A DNA stretch of 64,000 bases from Neophaeotheca triangularis. Taxonomy: Eukaryota. Positions within the stretch are counted from its first letter, which is position 1; each line of letters starts with the position of its first letter. The notes under the pieces were generated by a model. It searched no databases and was not told the DNA's origin. It saw only the letters and a list, made by a program, of their open reading frames with translations. Shown piece by piece: positions 24,801 through 36,400 of the stretch. Where the stretch lies: positions 1 through 64,000 of the forward strand of contig BAAIJX010000029.1 in NCBI GenBank assembly GCA_054600435.1. The letters are read 5' to 3'. Made by a program: the position numbers and the translations under genes.

Positions 24801-25780
24801 CATCTGGTACAGGGCAGGGCAGGACAGAGATCGACACAAAAGAAGGGTTTCGATTCCCGAAGTGGAAGAACGCGACTACTCGCCCGCGCTGCGACCCTGT
24901 ACTTAAGATGGCGTTCGACGGCTTGACTTTTCCCAAGGTAACGTTATCTGTTGGCGGTGGAATCCATGACTTATTAGGCGAGTACTCATGAGAGAGAAAT
25001 CGACGGCGCGATAAGTTTCAAGGTCGTGATTACGATTGGGGTGGAACTTGTTGTTGGGTGTAGAATGGACTTGTTTGATTGATGTGTTTTGCTCATTGCT
25101 GCGGTTATTGCCAGTCATCAGCCCCTGTCGTCAGACCTTCCGATCCAGCTCGCCAGGGCCGGCAGTGCTACTATAAAAACTACTCGAGGTATACTAAACC
25201 AGAGAACCGCCGAGCAACCAAGCAAAGGCGTCGGGCACCGCATCAAGCGTCGCGCATCTAAACTTCTCCCGCCTACAAGGTCCAAACTAGATAGCAACAA
25301 GCCAAAAGCCACCTCCAAAGAGTCTCGCGACCGTCATGGTTCTAATGTAGTTCATAGCACGGTCCCTAGCCGCGTGCTTTCCCTGTGCAAGTTCCATGCC
25401 GTCGTGATCTAGATTATTTTTATAGAGCCCGCTTCCGCCCATCTTTCTCTCCTCCTGTCTGCCCTTTCCGAGCGCGCGTGTAACAATTCAACGTGAGTGT
25501 AGCAAGCAAAATGGGGTATAATTTGTAAGAATGAGCAAAGGCGGAGTGGAAAACTCGAAGGCGCATTTGTCGTGGTTGTCGGGTGGGGGGTCGGATGTCG
25601 AGGCCATTGAGTGTGCGACACGGCTTTGTGCCGGTCTCGTTGTGTTGACGCGCTTGAGACGGCGGCGTTTGCGTGTCGTCTGTGGGTGCGTGACGCCGTG
25701 TTCGGGCGGGTGGCAGTTGTGGCCACTATGTGTCTATGAGGTTGGGAAGTCGTGAGGGTCTGACGGCGCATGACAACCTT

Positions 25781-27061
25781 TCAAGGTGTCTCTGTTGAGG
25801 GCGACTCGGTCTGCGACTGCTCCTCGGACATTCTCCTATGCTCGCACGCTGCTAGTGCAAGACTGTTGAGACCATTGCTGAGACCTGGAGAAGGGTAGGA
25901 GTAGTGAAGGGTATCAATGTCGCCGGTCATCGGCGCCGGCGGGGGCACGTACTCGAGCGAATTGGTGAAGTTTGAGCGATGGAGCGGCGGTCGACCAGTC
26001 GTGCCAATGACGGGCATCGGCATCGTCGCAATTGGGCCGGTGTCCATGCCGTTGATGAAGTAAGGTCCTGAAGGCGGCAGCATCATAGTTTGGTCTAGTA
26101 TCGGCTGAGGCTGCTGGATCTGGTGTTGAGGAGGCTGCGACTGGTGGTGCGGTTGCGGTTGCGGTCGCGGTTGTTGGGTCTGTTGAGCTTGTTGCTGCTC
26201 AATCTGAGCTTGCGCCTGCGCGGCTTGAGCTTGTTGCTCTTCTGCTTGTTGCGCAATGACCTCGGACAGAGACTCGGGCTTTACAGATGAAGCCTTCTTG
26301 GTCGACGAAGCCTTGGTGGGCTTCTTCACCTTTGCGTCTTCACTACTGCGCGACGGACCGCGACCGTTCTGGTGGGTTCTCCGGTGTTGTTCCATGTTGT
26401 CCTTGCGCGTAAAGGCCTTGTTGCACTCCGGACAGTATGCATCCTTCTTACCGGTGTGCTTCTTTGCGTGTCGCGCGGCATGGCCAGATGTGGTGAAGAA
26501 GTCGGTGCACCCAATCTGCTTGGCCATGGGGCATGGGTAGTGGTTCTTCTTCTGCGGCACCTGGGCGTTACTCGTGTTCGAGACGGCGGACATGCGCGAC
26601 GGTTCGGAAGACGGTGAGGTCGACTGTCGTTGCATTTGAGGTTGCGGTGGTAGTGGTGTCATCTGTGGCATCATGTGAGGCGGCATGGGGTAGGCAGTCG
26701 GCATGGCGCCAGTCGCGTCGGGAATGGGCGGATACATGGCGTCGTTGGGGTCTTCCATCTTTTGGTGATGGTAGTGGTGGTGGTGGTGGTGACTGTGAGG
26801 AGAGTGGAGAAAATATTGCTGGTGTTGCTTGGGGAGTTGGGCCAGGTGGGCGGCGGCGTGCTGGTCGAAGGTGCCCGCGGAGGATGGCGTCAATGGCGAG
26901 GGGGAAGCGAGACGGCGCGAGTCGCTTGACGAACTTCGAATGAGCTGTGGCGTTTGTGGGGAAAAGCTGGGCGAGGACGAGTCGCTGCTGTAGTTGGATG
27001 AAGTGCGCGAAAAGGTCGTCAGGCGCGGAATCGAGTGCTGTTGGTGATATCGCAGTTTCGA

Positions 27062-27117
<56 letters not shown>

Positions 27118-27208
27118 CCTGGCGGTATTGGTGCTGGGGAGTTGCAACGTCACTACTGTCGTTGAGTAGTGAAATCTTGCGGCCGCTGCAATTTTTACCG
27201 TCCATCAT
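25781..27208 (-). CDS. C2H2 zinc-finger transcription factor, Nrg1-like (two fingers, polyQ/His tracts)
   Basis: CPMAKQIGCTDFFTTSGHAARHAKKH-TGKK-CPECNKAFTRKDNMEQHRRTH; the FTTSGHxARH and F-R-DN recognition helices resemble Nrg1. Low-complexity Q/P/H regions. Confidence 0.88.
27062..27115 (-). repeat. (CAGCAA)n hexamer repeat encoding polyQ (18 Q)
   Basis: Plus strand is (CTGTTG)n; lies in frame within the C2H2 TF. Confidence 0.9.
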
Positions 27209-30200
27209 GTGAAAGCCACCCAGCTTGCTTGGGCGCTTTGTCAGCTGAGAGGAATAGGCTCTACAGGCGGCCTATTGTGTGGTGGAGTGCAGTAGCAGGC
27301 GCGATCGTCAGACGGTGCTGGCGGATTGGTGTTGCTGCTGGTAGTAGTGCTGCAGTGCTTCGGGCACAGAGGGTGTTGTTGGTAGTGTTGGTGGTGTTGG
27401 TGGTGTTGTAGCAGAGACAAGAGACGGCTCCAGACACTGCGCGTGGATGGGCGAGGAGAACCGGGCTGTAAGTTATTATACTAAAAGACGACAGCCTCTC
27501 GGACAAGGGACGACCAAGGTTACAGTCCGGTACAGGGGGGAGGAGGTGAGTATGGTATTATTATTGCCCACATGGTGCTAGGAAGCGGGAGGCCGAGGAG
27601 GGAAGCTTGGTCGAACGCTGGAACTGGCAGACCCTTGATATGCTGCGACAGCCGACAGAAGAGGACCACGGGTAGTCACTACTGGTAGGTAGTAGGTACT
27701 AGTATAGGTACAGTAGTAGGCTTGATGCAAGAATGCAATGCGGCTTGGCCCCATTGGATTATTGGCGAAGCCGCGTGCTTCCATGGGACGGACCATGGAC
27801 CATGGACCATGGACGATGACTTGACCATGGCAAGCGGATGCAAGAATGCCATCCTGCTGCATCTGTACCCTGTACGATACTCGATAGCGTCGGCACGCGA
27901 AAGTCTTGGGCTGATCCACCCAACTTAAACTGCCCCTAGCGTCCACCGCCCCGGCCTCATCGCCGATGACCCTGCATGCGTTCGAGTGCACAGGCGAGCT
28001 TCTTTTGCCTCGTCAACGGACCTTGCTCCCCCTCCAAACCCCCCTCCCATCCAACACCCCGCTCCCCCCCCCCCCCCCCCTTTCTGCTGGCAGAGGGCGC
28101 ATACTCTATCGGTATGGACAACAACAACAACAGCAGCAGCAGCAACAGGGCGACATCCATTCTGTTGAGCCACAGCTACGACAAGCAGTCTTCGCAGATG
28201 TCGAGTAATGCCATGCATCGCCATCTCCGCTGTGTTTCACACGGGGCGGTCTAAGGCAGCAGCAGTGAGGGCTAAACCGCGGAGTTTTGCGCTGGCAACC
28301 TGTCTTTTCCTAGTGCATCAAGCGATCGAGAGAAATGCGCTACACAAAAATTAGCGAACTATGAGCTCTGTGGCTGACCTTTAATTCGGGGCTGCCTCGC
28401 GATAGCTGCCCTGGTCAGACGCTTTCTGCGGTGACCCAGTTGAGCATCAGGCGAGCCCTGCTTTTACCACCTTTTGGTGGCTTTGATCGAAACTCTATGC
28501 TTAATTTGCAGGCGCCTTTTGCATGATACGATGCCTATCGAGTAGGTGGTACACTGGTACGTTGTCTCTTTAGAACCTCCCTGTGGTGCAGGGTTTTGCC
28601 TTCCATTTGCGAATCCAGGCGACGGTGACGGTGGCCACTCCGCCGCCTCGCGTCGTTCTGTCTAGAAAGACGAAGAGGGAGCTGTCTCCGCATGCGAAGC
28701 TTGCCATATCGGCGGTGGTGTTAGCCACACATGAACTAGGTACAGACACCTTTCTGTGAGCTCCAGGCTGACCTAGCGCGCTCTGCTCAAAGTTTGTGAT
28801 AACCCCTCTTCTCGTTGAGCAGTAGCAAGCTTTGCTTTGAGTTCGCTTTGATTGCGAGTAGTCCCTGGATACTTTACCCCAGGGGCCAGAACCTCGCATC
28901 ACAAGGCTGTCGGCACCACGGCGCAGAAATTAAATAGCGTTTCCATGTCGCATTCGAAACTCGCGTCGCGAGAAAACCTCATACACAGCAAGTAGCGCGC
29001 TCCCGCAAGGTGGTTTGCCAGTTATCTAGGCGTCGCTTGTTGTGGCCACACTACTCTCTTTCGCATTGAAAACGTATTGACAGAATGCAGGTTTCGGCGA
29101 CCGTTGTGATGCCACAGACCCTGGTCCCAGCAACTTGGTCAAGCGCCCGCGGGCTGCCGCCATAGTCTTCGGCTCACCTTTCTCTAGGTAGCCATCCGCC
29201 GCCGGGTCCTGCGGGTCGGCGATGGAGATTAAACGTGGCTCGCTCGGCCCCAGTCTGTCACTCACAGCACTGTCGATCCGCGGGATGCGCTCGATAGCCT
29301 GTCTGCAAATGTCATACCCGCTTCAGCCAATGACATCCCTGCAGCTATCGTGCCTTATGTGAGTAATCTTCGATCTGAGTCTTCTACCGCGGAGCAGGTG
29401 CCATTCAGCAGTGACGTCTCCGTCTCCGTCTCCACTAACAATCTCCCATGGTCTGACACCACGATATCAGCGGTACCTTTGTAACCCCTGTCGGCCTCGT
29501 GGCCGATTCAGGAGCGACAGGGCAGCGACGTTACCGCCACTTGCGCAATAAGGGGTAGCCACAATCGCTGCCACCGAAGACCCTCCCAAACGGGCACATC
29601 TATCTTACGCCGAGCACCTGGGACCGTCGGCATCACGAGATAGCGTAGTAGTCAAGGAAGTGTGTGGAGGTTAGTATGGATCGCGCTCGCTTCGAGCACT
29701 GCTATCCAATAGTGCGCGGGAACGACCAAGGTATCTTTAGTAGCAGCATCTGAGAACGACTTCTCGAGGAGGCCGTAGAGACACGTAGAGGTCTTTGGCC
29801 TGCGTGAAAGTTCGCATACGTGCCTTTGCTTTGTCGCCGCTGCGGCGAGGCGGCATCGACGTTATGGTGACGCCTGTTCCTAAGAAACGACGTGATGGCT
29901 ATCCGAGCGCATCCGGCGCGAAGCCCAAATGATCTTTGGAAAATCACGGGCTCGCCAAAGATCCCGTTCGGTTCTCGAGCTAGACCAGCTCGTTCTCTTT
30001 GATTGTTACAGTCTTCTGCAACACTCTTCGCAACTGTAATAATCATCTAAGGCTGAGTGCCATCCTGGATAACGGGCAAAAGTATGAGCAAACGCCAGAC
30101 GGGCCACGGCTGAGAGCTGACTCGTGGCAGACGGGGGGGGGGGGGGGGGAAGGTGGGTGTTTGTTAGCTTGTGCAGGAAAATAATTAATAATGCCATACA

Positions 30201-31466
30201 CATCGGCGATCGTGAGAAAGTAGAATTTCCATGCCGCTCCACCCCTGACCGGCGGCCGCCGCTTGGCCGACGTGAAGATACTTTCTGCAATAATATTTTC
30301 ACCATCAGCTGGGCAGCGCAGGTTTTCCCTGTAAGCTCTCAAAAAGGCATGCCGCCAGATGGGAAGATTTTGGGTCGAAAGATGCACGAACAGGAACCCC
30401 GCTTTGATTGACGAGCACAGCAATATTACGCGAGGCGCGTTTTCTTTTTCGAGTAGTAAGACTATCCCCATCCACTGCTCTTGATATCGTTCGCAGCGTT
30501 CCTGCGATGCGCTCGTAGCAGACTCGAAGCCGTCTCGCGTCGGAGGCAGCTCTGTCAGCCCCCCAAAATTCACGTGTCACTGCTGGACCAGCACGAGATC
30601 ATACAATCATCGATACAGTCGTAGCCTTTTGACGGAGAGTCCAGACATCCAAAGAACTCTCTCTGGATGCACAAACGTTGCACCCGCTGACCTGTCTACC
30701 CTGAATCTCTCCAGGGTGGACACACTTGGATCGCTGTGATCGCTCCCGTTATCTTGGGGATCAGCGGTCGCAAATGCGCCAGCTTTCTGCAGGGCAAGGG
30801 GCCGCGTTGAGGCTTTCGAGGGATCATCCAACGCTGTGGCTCAGGGAGCCAGGGACGTCGGAGCCAGGACCGTCGCCGTCGACCGACCGTCCTCCGAGAT
30901 CTTGAGGGGACCTCAAAGGCTCGACCTTGAGCCTCGCCCAAGAAGCCTCACCATGTGCTCTTTTGAAGAAAGGTCAGCGGACATCCATGATGTTTTTGCC
31001 GCCGGATTCCACAAGCGTCACGTATCATGGAGTGTCTGTAAGTGAGCAGTCAGACCTAGTCTACATCTCACTCGCAAAGTATTAGCAAACACCAGTCTCG
31101 TCTACACGGTGTTGAACCTTGTGCAGACGGATCGAGCCATGTACTGTAGATGCGATGCAAGGAGGCAGCCATGCTGATCGCTTCTTGAGAGAAGAACTAG
31201 GGAGGTTTGATTGATATTGACGCCTCCCGCCATCTTATTAACTCTACCGTATGCAGTAAAGCGAATATCGTGATTGAGATGGTGTAGTTGGCGGAAGGCA
31301 GGGCAGGCCCAGCGACCAGATCTTGGCACATGCCGTTATCTCGTCTTATCGTAATCGTTATCTTAGCTTTATCTGCAATCTCTCGTTCAAAATCTCGAAC
31401 TTCACAAGCTACTAGGTAGCTGCCTTATTTCGTCCACATAACCTCACAAACAGAATCGCCGACACA

Positions 31467-32426
31467 ATGAAGGTCGGAAAACCCAAGTCAAAGAGAACGC
31501 CCACTCGTCTGCGGCACAAGATTGAAAAAGCTTCAAACGCAAAGCAGAGGAAGGAGCGCAAAGAAGCGAAGAAAAACCCACAATGGCAATCACGACTAAA
31601 GAAGGACCCGGGTATTCCAAACCTGTTCCCGTTCAAGGCAAAGATGCTTGAAGACCTTGAAGAAGGCAGGAGGCAGAAGGAGGCTGAGACACAGCGAAAG
31701 CGGGAGGTCGCCAAAGCGCAAAGACAAGGACTTGCGGTCGCCGATGCAGACGGCGGCGCTAAGATGGCCGAGGCTGACGACGACGAGTTGGTGGATGATG
31801 CGGAAGACTTTGGTAGTGACGATGAAATGGATGAGGGCGATAGCAGCAACCCTATGGCTGCTCTGCTTGCCTCGGCGCAAGCTAGGGCACAGAACTTCCC
31901 TGAAGCGGAGGATTCAGAAGAGGTCGATGAGTCTGACGAAGAGGAGGGAGGCGCCGTGGTTGGCGTAGACAAGGCCGGGTCATCCGCGCCAGGTCAAGCG
32001 ACGAAGAAGGCTCTACCCAAACAAGCGCTGGCGGATCCCATCAAGACAGTATCGAAACTCGTCGACCGCATGCAGCAAGTTGAAGGTGGTGTCGACGCGA
32101 TGCTGAACCACTACAACATCCCACCGCTTGTCACTGCCGGAAGCGACCTCAACACTCGTTACCTTGTCGACGTCGCCAGGAAGACCGGTCGGTTGGGCAA
32201 GGGAGGAGTACCAAATTTGCACTCGGCAGCCCTGACGGTGCTCACGGACATCAACGAAGAGCGACTAAAACTGCCGGTACCGGCTCAGAAGTCGCGAACG
32301 ACTGGGAAAGGGGAGGTCCAGATTGTTTCGCAAATGGCAGAGCCATTCAGCATCGAAGGCCTGTTCGCCAACCCCGGAAAATCCTCTTCTGCCGGTACTG
32401 GTGGTGCCATGGTTGTCGACTCATGA
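31467..32426 (+). CDS. NUG1: Nug1/Grn1/GNL3 (nucleostemin-family) pre-60S factor lacking the central GTPase domain
   Basis: The N-terminal SKR..RLRHKIEK...KKDPGIPNLFPFK (GN3L/Grn1 domain) and C-terminal VARKTGRLGKGGVPNLHSAA are recognisable. No DARDP, NKxD, GxxNVGKS or DxPG motif occurs anywhere in the 319 aa. Confidence 0.88.
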   Translation: MKVGKPKSKRTPTRLRHKIEKASNAKQRKERKEAKKNPQWQSRLKKDPGIPNLFPFKAKMLEDLEEGRRQKEAETQRKREVAKAQRQGLAVADADGGAKMAEADDDELVDDAEDFGSDDEMDEGDSSNPMAALLASAQARAQNFPEAEDSEEVDESDEEEGGAVVGVDKAGSSAPGQATKKALPKQALADPIKTVSKLVDRMQQVEGGVDAMLNHYNIPPLVTAGSDLNTRYLVDVARKTGRLGKGGVPNLHSAALTVLTDINEERLKLPVPAQKSRTTGKGEVQIVSQMAEPFSIEGLFANPGKSSSAGTGGAMVVDS

Positions 32427-33493
32427 TGGATGTCGTAGAGATTTCGTGACTTCTTTCCTATATTCGAGGCACCGCTGGCAACGATCATCCTTCCGATACG
32501 CCTTCACCAACCTGAGCGCTTGACCATACTACGTCTGCCTTTGCTAGGATATCTACGGCTACGGTACGGTCTCTACCTTTTGAGATCCGTCGTTGTCAGT
32601 AGTAACTCTCCGCTGGTGAACCTTCGGCTCTCCTCTGCGCGTTCCCTGCCAGAAAGGGCAAGTAACCGGCCAGTAGACAGCATCTGTGCGGCGTTTGGAG
32701 AAACTGGTTTCGTTGGGCAAGCGGGCGAATGGCGCAACGACTTAGACTCCGAACAATTATGTAGCGCCTATGAAGTTTTGTCCGTAGCGTACGAAGCGAC
32801 ACTTTTTGCCTGCCAGAATGTTAATGTTCGGTCGTTATGTCAATTGGATGGTGTGCAAGTAACCTGTAAGAAGCCGCCATAAACTCTCAAAATTAAAAAA
32901 AGAGCACGCGGAAACCGCGTTGAAACAGAGCATACCTAGCCGTGAGAAACGAAAAGACGTCGTTCGTTGGCAGAAGTAAAAGGTACGTTGCAGAAGTCCC
33001 TGCTCGGCGCCAGTGGAGTGGGAGGAGTGAAGTAAGAAATGGATATAACATACTATATCATGTCTCGAAAGCTCAACAACTCGTGCTATTTTGTCGCAAA
33101 CTTTCTATGGCCCACTGGTCCTTGCGTCCTTGTCCACGCAAGCATACCCAGAGAGAAATACCCAGAGAGGAAAGGCTACCAAACAGCATCTCGACAGTCT
33201 TGACAATACTTCATAACCCTCATCTCGCCCGCTGGATGAGCATCTTGATTGAAAGAGAATATCAATTACACCCGAGAAATTCTGTAGAGAGAACATGGCT
33301 GGGCGGGGTCGCCCTTCGAGCCATGTAAAGCCGTCTCCGCCAGCTTGCTCTGATTTCGTCGAATTCTTCGTCTGATCAAATTCGTACTCTCAAGCATGAA
33401 GCTTCGAACAACAAGGCCGAACATTACCCCTTCATCGTATCGTGTTGTACAAAGACCACAGTCGTCGTCAGACCATCATCAGTGCTCGCTCAG

Positions 33494-36400
33494 TTATTTC
33501 ATGGGCGGATCTCGTACGCTGTGCCAGCGCATGTTGAGCACTTCCGGACGATCAGTCGGTCCCTCCAAACCTGTCTCGGTATCTGTATCGAGGCTGGCAT
33601 GGATACCTTCGGCATCGTACACGGCGCCGCTCTCGTAAGACGGCGCTGCACGTCTGGTGAGCCTGGTGTTTTCCGCCAGAAGCACATCGTCGACATCCCC
33701 CAACTTATGTGCATCGTTGCGCGCTTGGTTTCTGAGTTCCAGGTGTACTATGCCTTCGTACCGAGGGACATTGCCACGGGAGCCTTCGTTCGCAATCGCT
33801 GGCGGACTTGGGCGGACTGCTTCTGCATCGAGATGAGTATCCGTTGTCGCTTCCTCTGCATCTGGAGTTGGGATAGCATCTCTTGGCTCAGACTCATCGT
33901 GACGCTTCCTGGCATTCGGTCCACGCCTAGTGTAGCGAGAGTGGTCTTCAGACACCAAAGCCCTCTTTCCAGAACCAGCCCTGGGCCCATCTTTCGAACC
34001 AGTCTTGTCTGCTTGCGGTGCCGGCTTCCACTCCTTGAGATCAACAACGCTACCAATTCCACCAACTGGATACAACTGGCGGATCTTCGCAGCATCCCCG
34101 GCAGAAGGACGTGATTCGTGTACATTTCGAGCGCCGCCTGGCCAAATACCTCGCTCACCTTCGGGCGCGTGCTTGCGAGAGATGATATAATAAGCCTCGT
34201 TGTCCGGGTCGCCGTCATGCCGAAGCGAAGGATAGTGCATAATGGAGTCATAGTCGTATTCTTGCGACCACTGATAATCTGTCAGGTCCGATGCTTCATC
34301 GAGACAAGTGTACGGGATAGCGGCGGGGAAGAGCCGTCGTGCGCTTGGATGTTTTCTCGCCCTTAACAAATCCCAGTTAGTATGTTAAAAGCGAAGAAAG
34401 GGGGACAGGGGAGGGCGGGCTTTCACTTACATGTCCATTAGCTCGTCCCAAGAGCCCTCAAAGCGAATGCGTTCCACGGGACTCTTCACCTCGGGGGCCA
34501 TTGCTTGGCTCGCCCCCGAGCCTTTTAAAGCTTCTGTACCAACGCCTTTGGTCTTTCCTTTACCGAAGACGATCGGACCGCTGTTTTCAGAGGGCAAAGT
34601 GCCACTGCCGCCCTCGAATTCTTGCACGGCGTTGTCGATCAACTCTCCAAAGGCCACCGGGACATGTATCTCTTGGCTCGTGGGACGAAGTGGCTTCAGC
34701 CGTGGCGGCATCGGGGAATTGACCTCTTCTGGGTCCTTGTACGTCCTCATTGCTCGTTCGAAGGCTTCTTGGTAACCGACGATGTTCCAAGGCTTGTATT
34801 CAATGAAATTATCCCGGTCGGGTCTCTGATGTTCATGACGCAGTCCCATCACGTGGCCTATGATCACCGTTAGCTTTTCGAGCTTGAAAGTATCAAGGAG
34901 AGCACGCAAATAGTGGGATACACACCGAACTCGTGAATTGCAGCTTCGACGAGAGACGCTGCCCCCCTGTTAGACATCTTATCAGCCAATCTACAAAGCT
35001 CCATGATATGTTGATCATCCTTTATGTCGTAGCGATAGCCATACGTCGCTAGGGGGATACAGGCCTCGGAAAAGTTCCACTCTAGCGAATCTGGCTCAGC
35101 GTCGTCTTTGGATACATCACGGATTTGTAAAGCGTCCAAGGAAACGCCCGTGCTGCCGCAATATCTGTAGATGTCGCCTCTGCATCCAGGGTCGAGTATT
35201 ATCTCAAGGCTCGTGCTCGCTTTTCCCACTGTGTCAAGCCAGATCTTGATAGCCTTTCGAACGGTTTCGTCCAGTCTCAGGGCTGAGCGCCTGTCGACAT
35301 AACAATAGCGGATCCTCTGTGAAAGTTCTCCATTTGCTGGGGGCCAAGGCCCTATTGTTCGATCGCCTTCTACTCTGGGCTGATCTCCCGAGATTTTGGG
35401 AGCTGCGAGAGGGTGAATGCCATGCCAACGCCGCGGCAAAGGGAAACCCGCACCTTCTGATCTAGCATCCGATGGAGCGCGACTGCCCACTTTAGAATGC
35501 TGTTGATCATCTGGGCGGATGTTCCCGAGCGGTTCGTTCAGGGCTTTCGCTCCGTGTCCGCTCGTACTCTCGTCGACGTCAGATGAATCTCCGGCTCCGG
35601 AGGGTGAAGAATCGTCGTCGGAGGGAAAGTAGGGGCTTGTGACAGATTCCTCCGCCTCACTGTCACTACAGTACACACTCGGCGCTGCGCCCCATCGGGC
35701 CATGGCCACCGCATCCGTAGAGCCTGACTTGGGGTACATTGCCACCAGTCTCGCAATGTCCCCTTGGGAGACCTTCATTTCGCTGGGTTTCCGGGCCCCG
35801 CCTTCCCAGACCGGTTCTTCCGTGCCTTTGCGTTTGATGATGAAAGTCTTTGGGTCAAGTTCCTGGTCGCTTTCGCGCTCGGGCATCAAGATTGAGCTGT
35901 ATAGCATGATCGAATCGTAGTCGAACTCCGTCGAGTATATCTTGTGCCGGCTATCCTGAGCATCGAAGGGCTTCCAATCTGTAAGAGCCAGGAAGCCGTG
36001 GCGAGCGGCAAAATCGATGTCTTGAGTCCTGTGCAGTGTCAGCGCGGAGCAAGCGCCGATGGTAGTCTCCATGTCGGCTTCGTGACTGCCAATGACTGGG
36101 GTTCTTACATTTTCACCTCTATTTCTTTGATTGGCATTGATTTGCACTCCTCAGACCGCTTTGCCGCATCCAAAGCATCCGCGTAGTCTCCTAAAACTTT
36201 GTAGTTGAAATCGAGGAAAGACTCGGCGTCTGGTCGTTGATGTTCGTGTTCCAGTCCCATGGCGTGGCCTGTCGCTCCGAAGTCTGATTAGTCTTTGTGC
36301 ATTTGTTTTGCTAGGAGCCTTCAGCCTGGCTGCCGAGCGTACTCACCAAGCTCATGAGCCATCACTGCATTCTTGTAAGTCTTGCTTATCAGACTCAAGG

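Noticed and set aside
27781..27830. GACCATG tandem repeats with CCATGG palindromes
   Set aside because: Only about three tandem units with no spacers; a simple minisatellite, not a CRISPR-like array.
28300..31300. Short ORFs in the TF-NUG1 intergenic region as transposon or gene remnants
   Set aside because: No transposase, RT or other recognisable motif in any listed frame, and no consistent splice pattern found.
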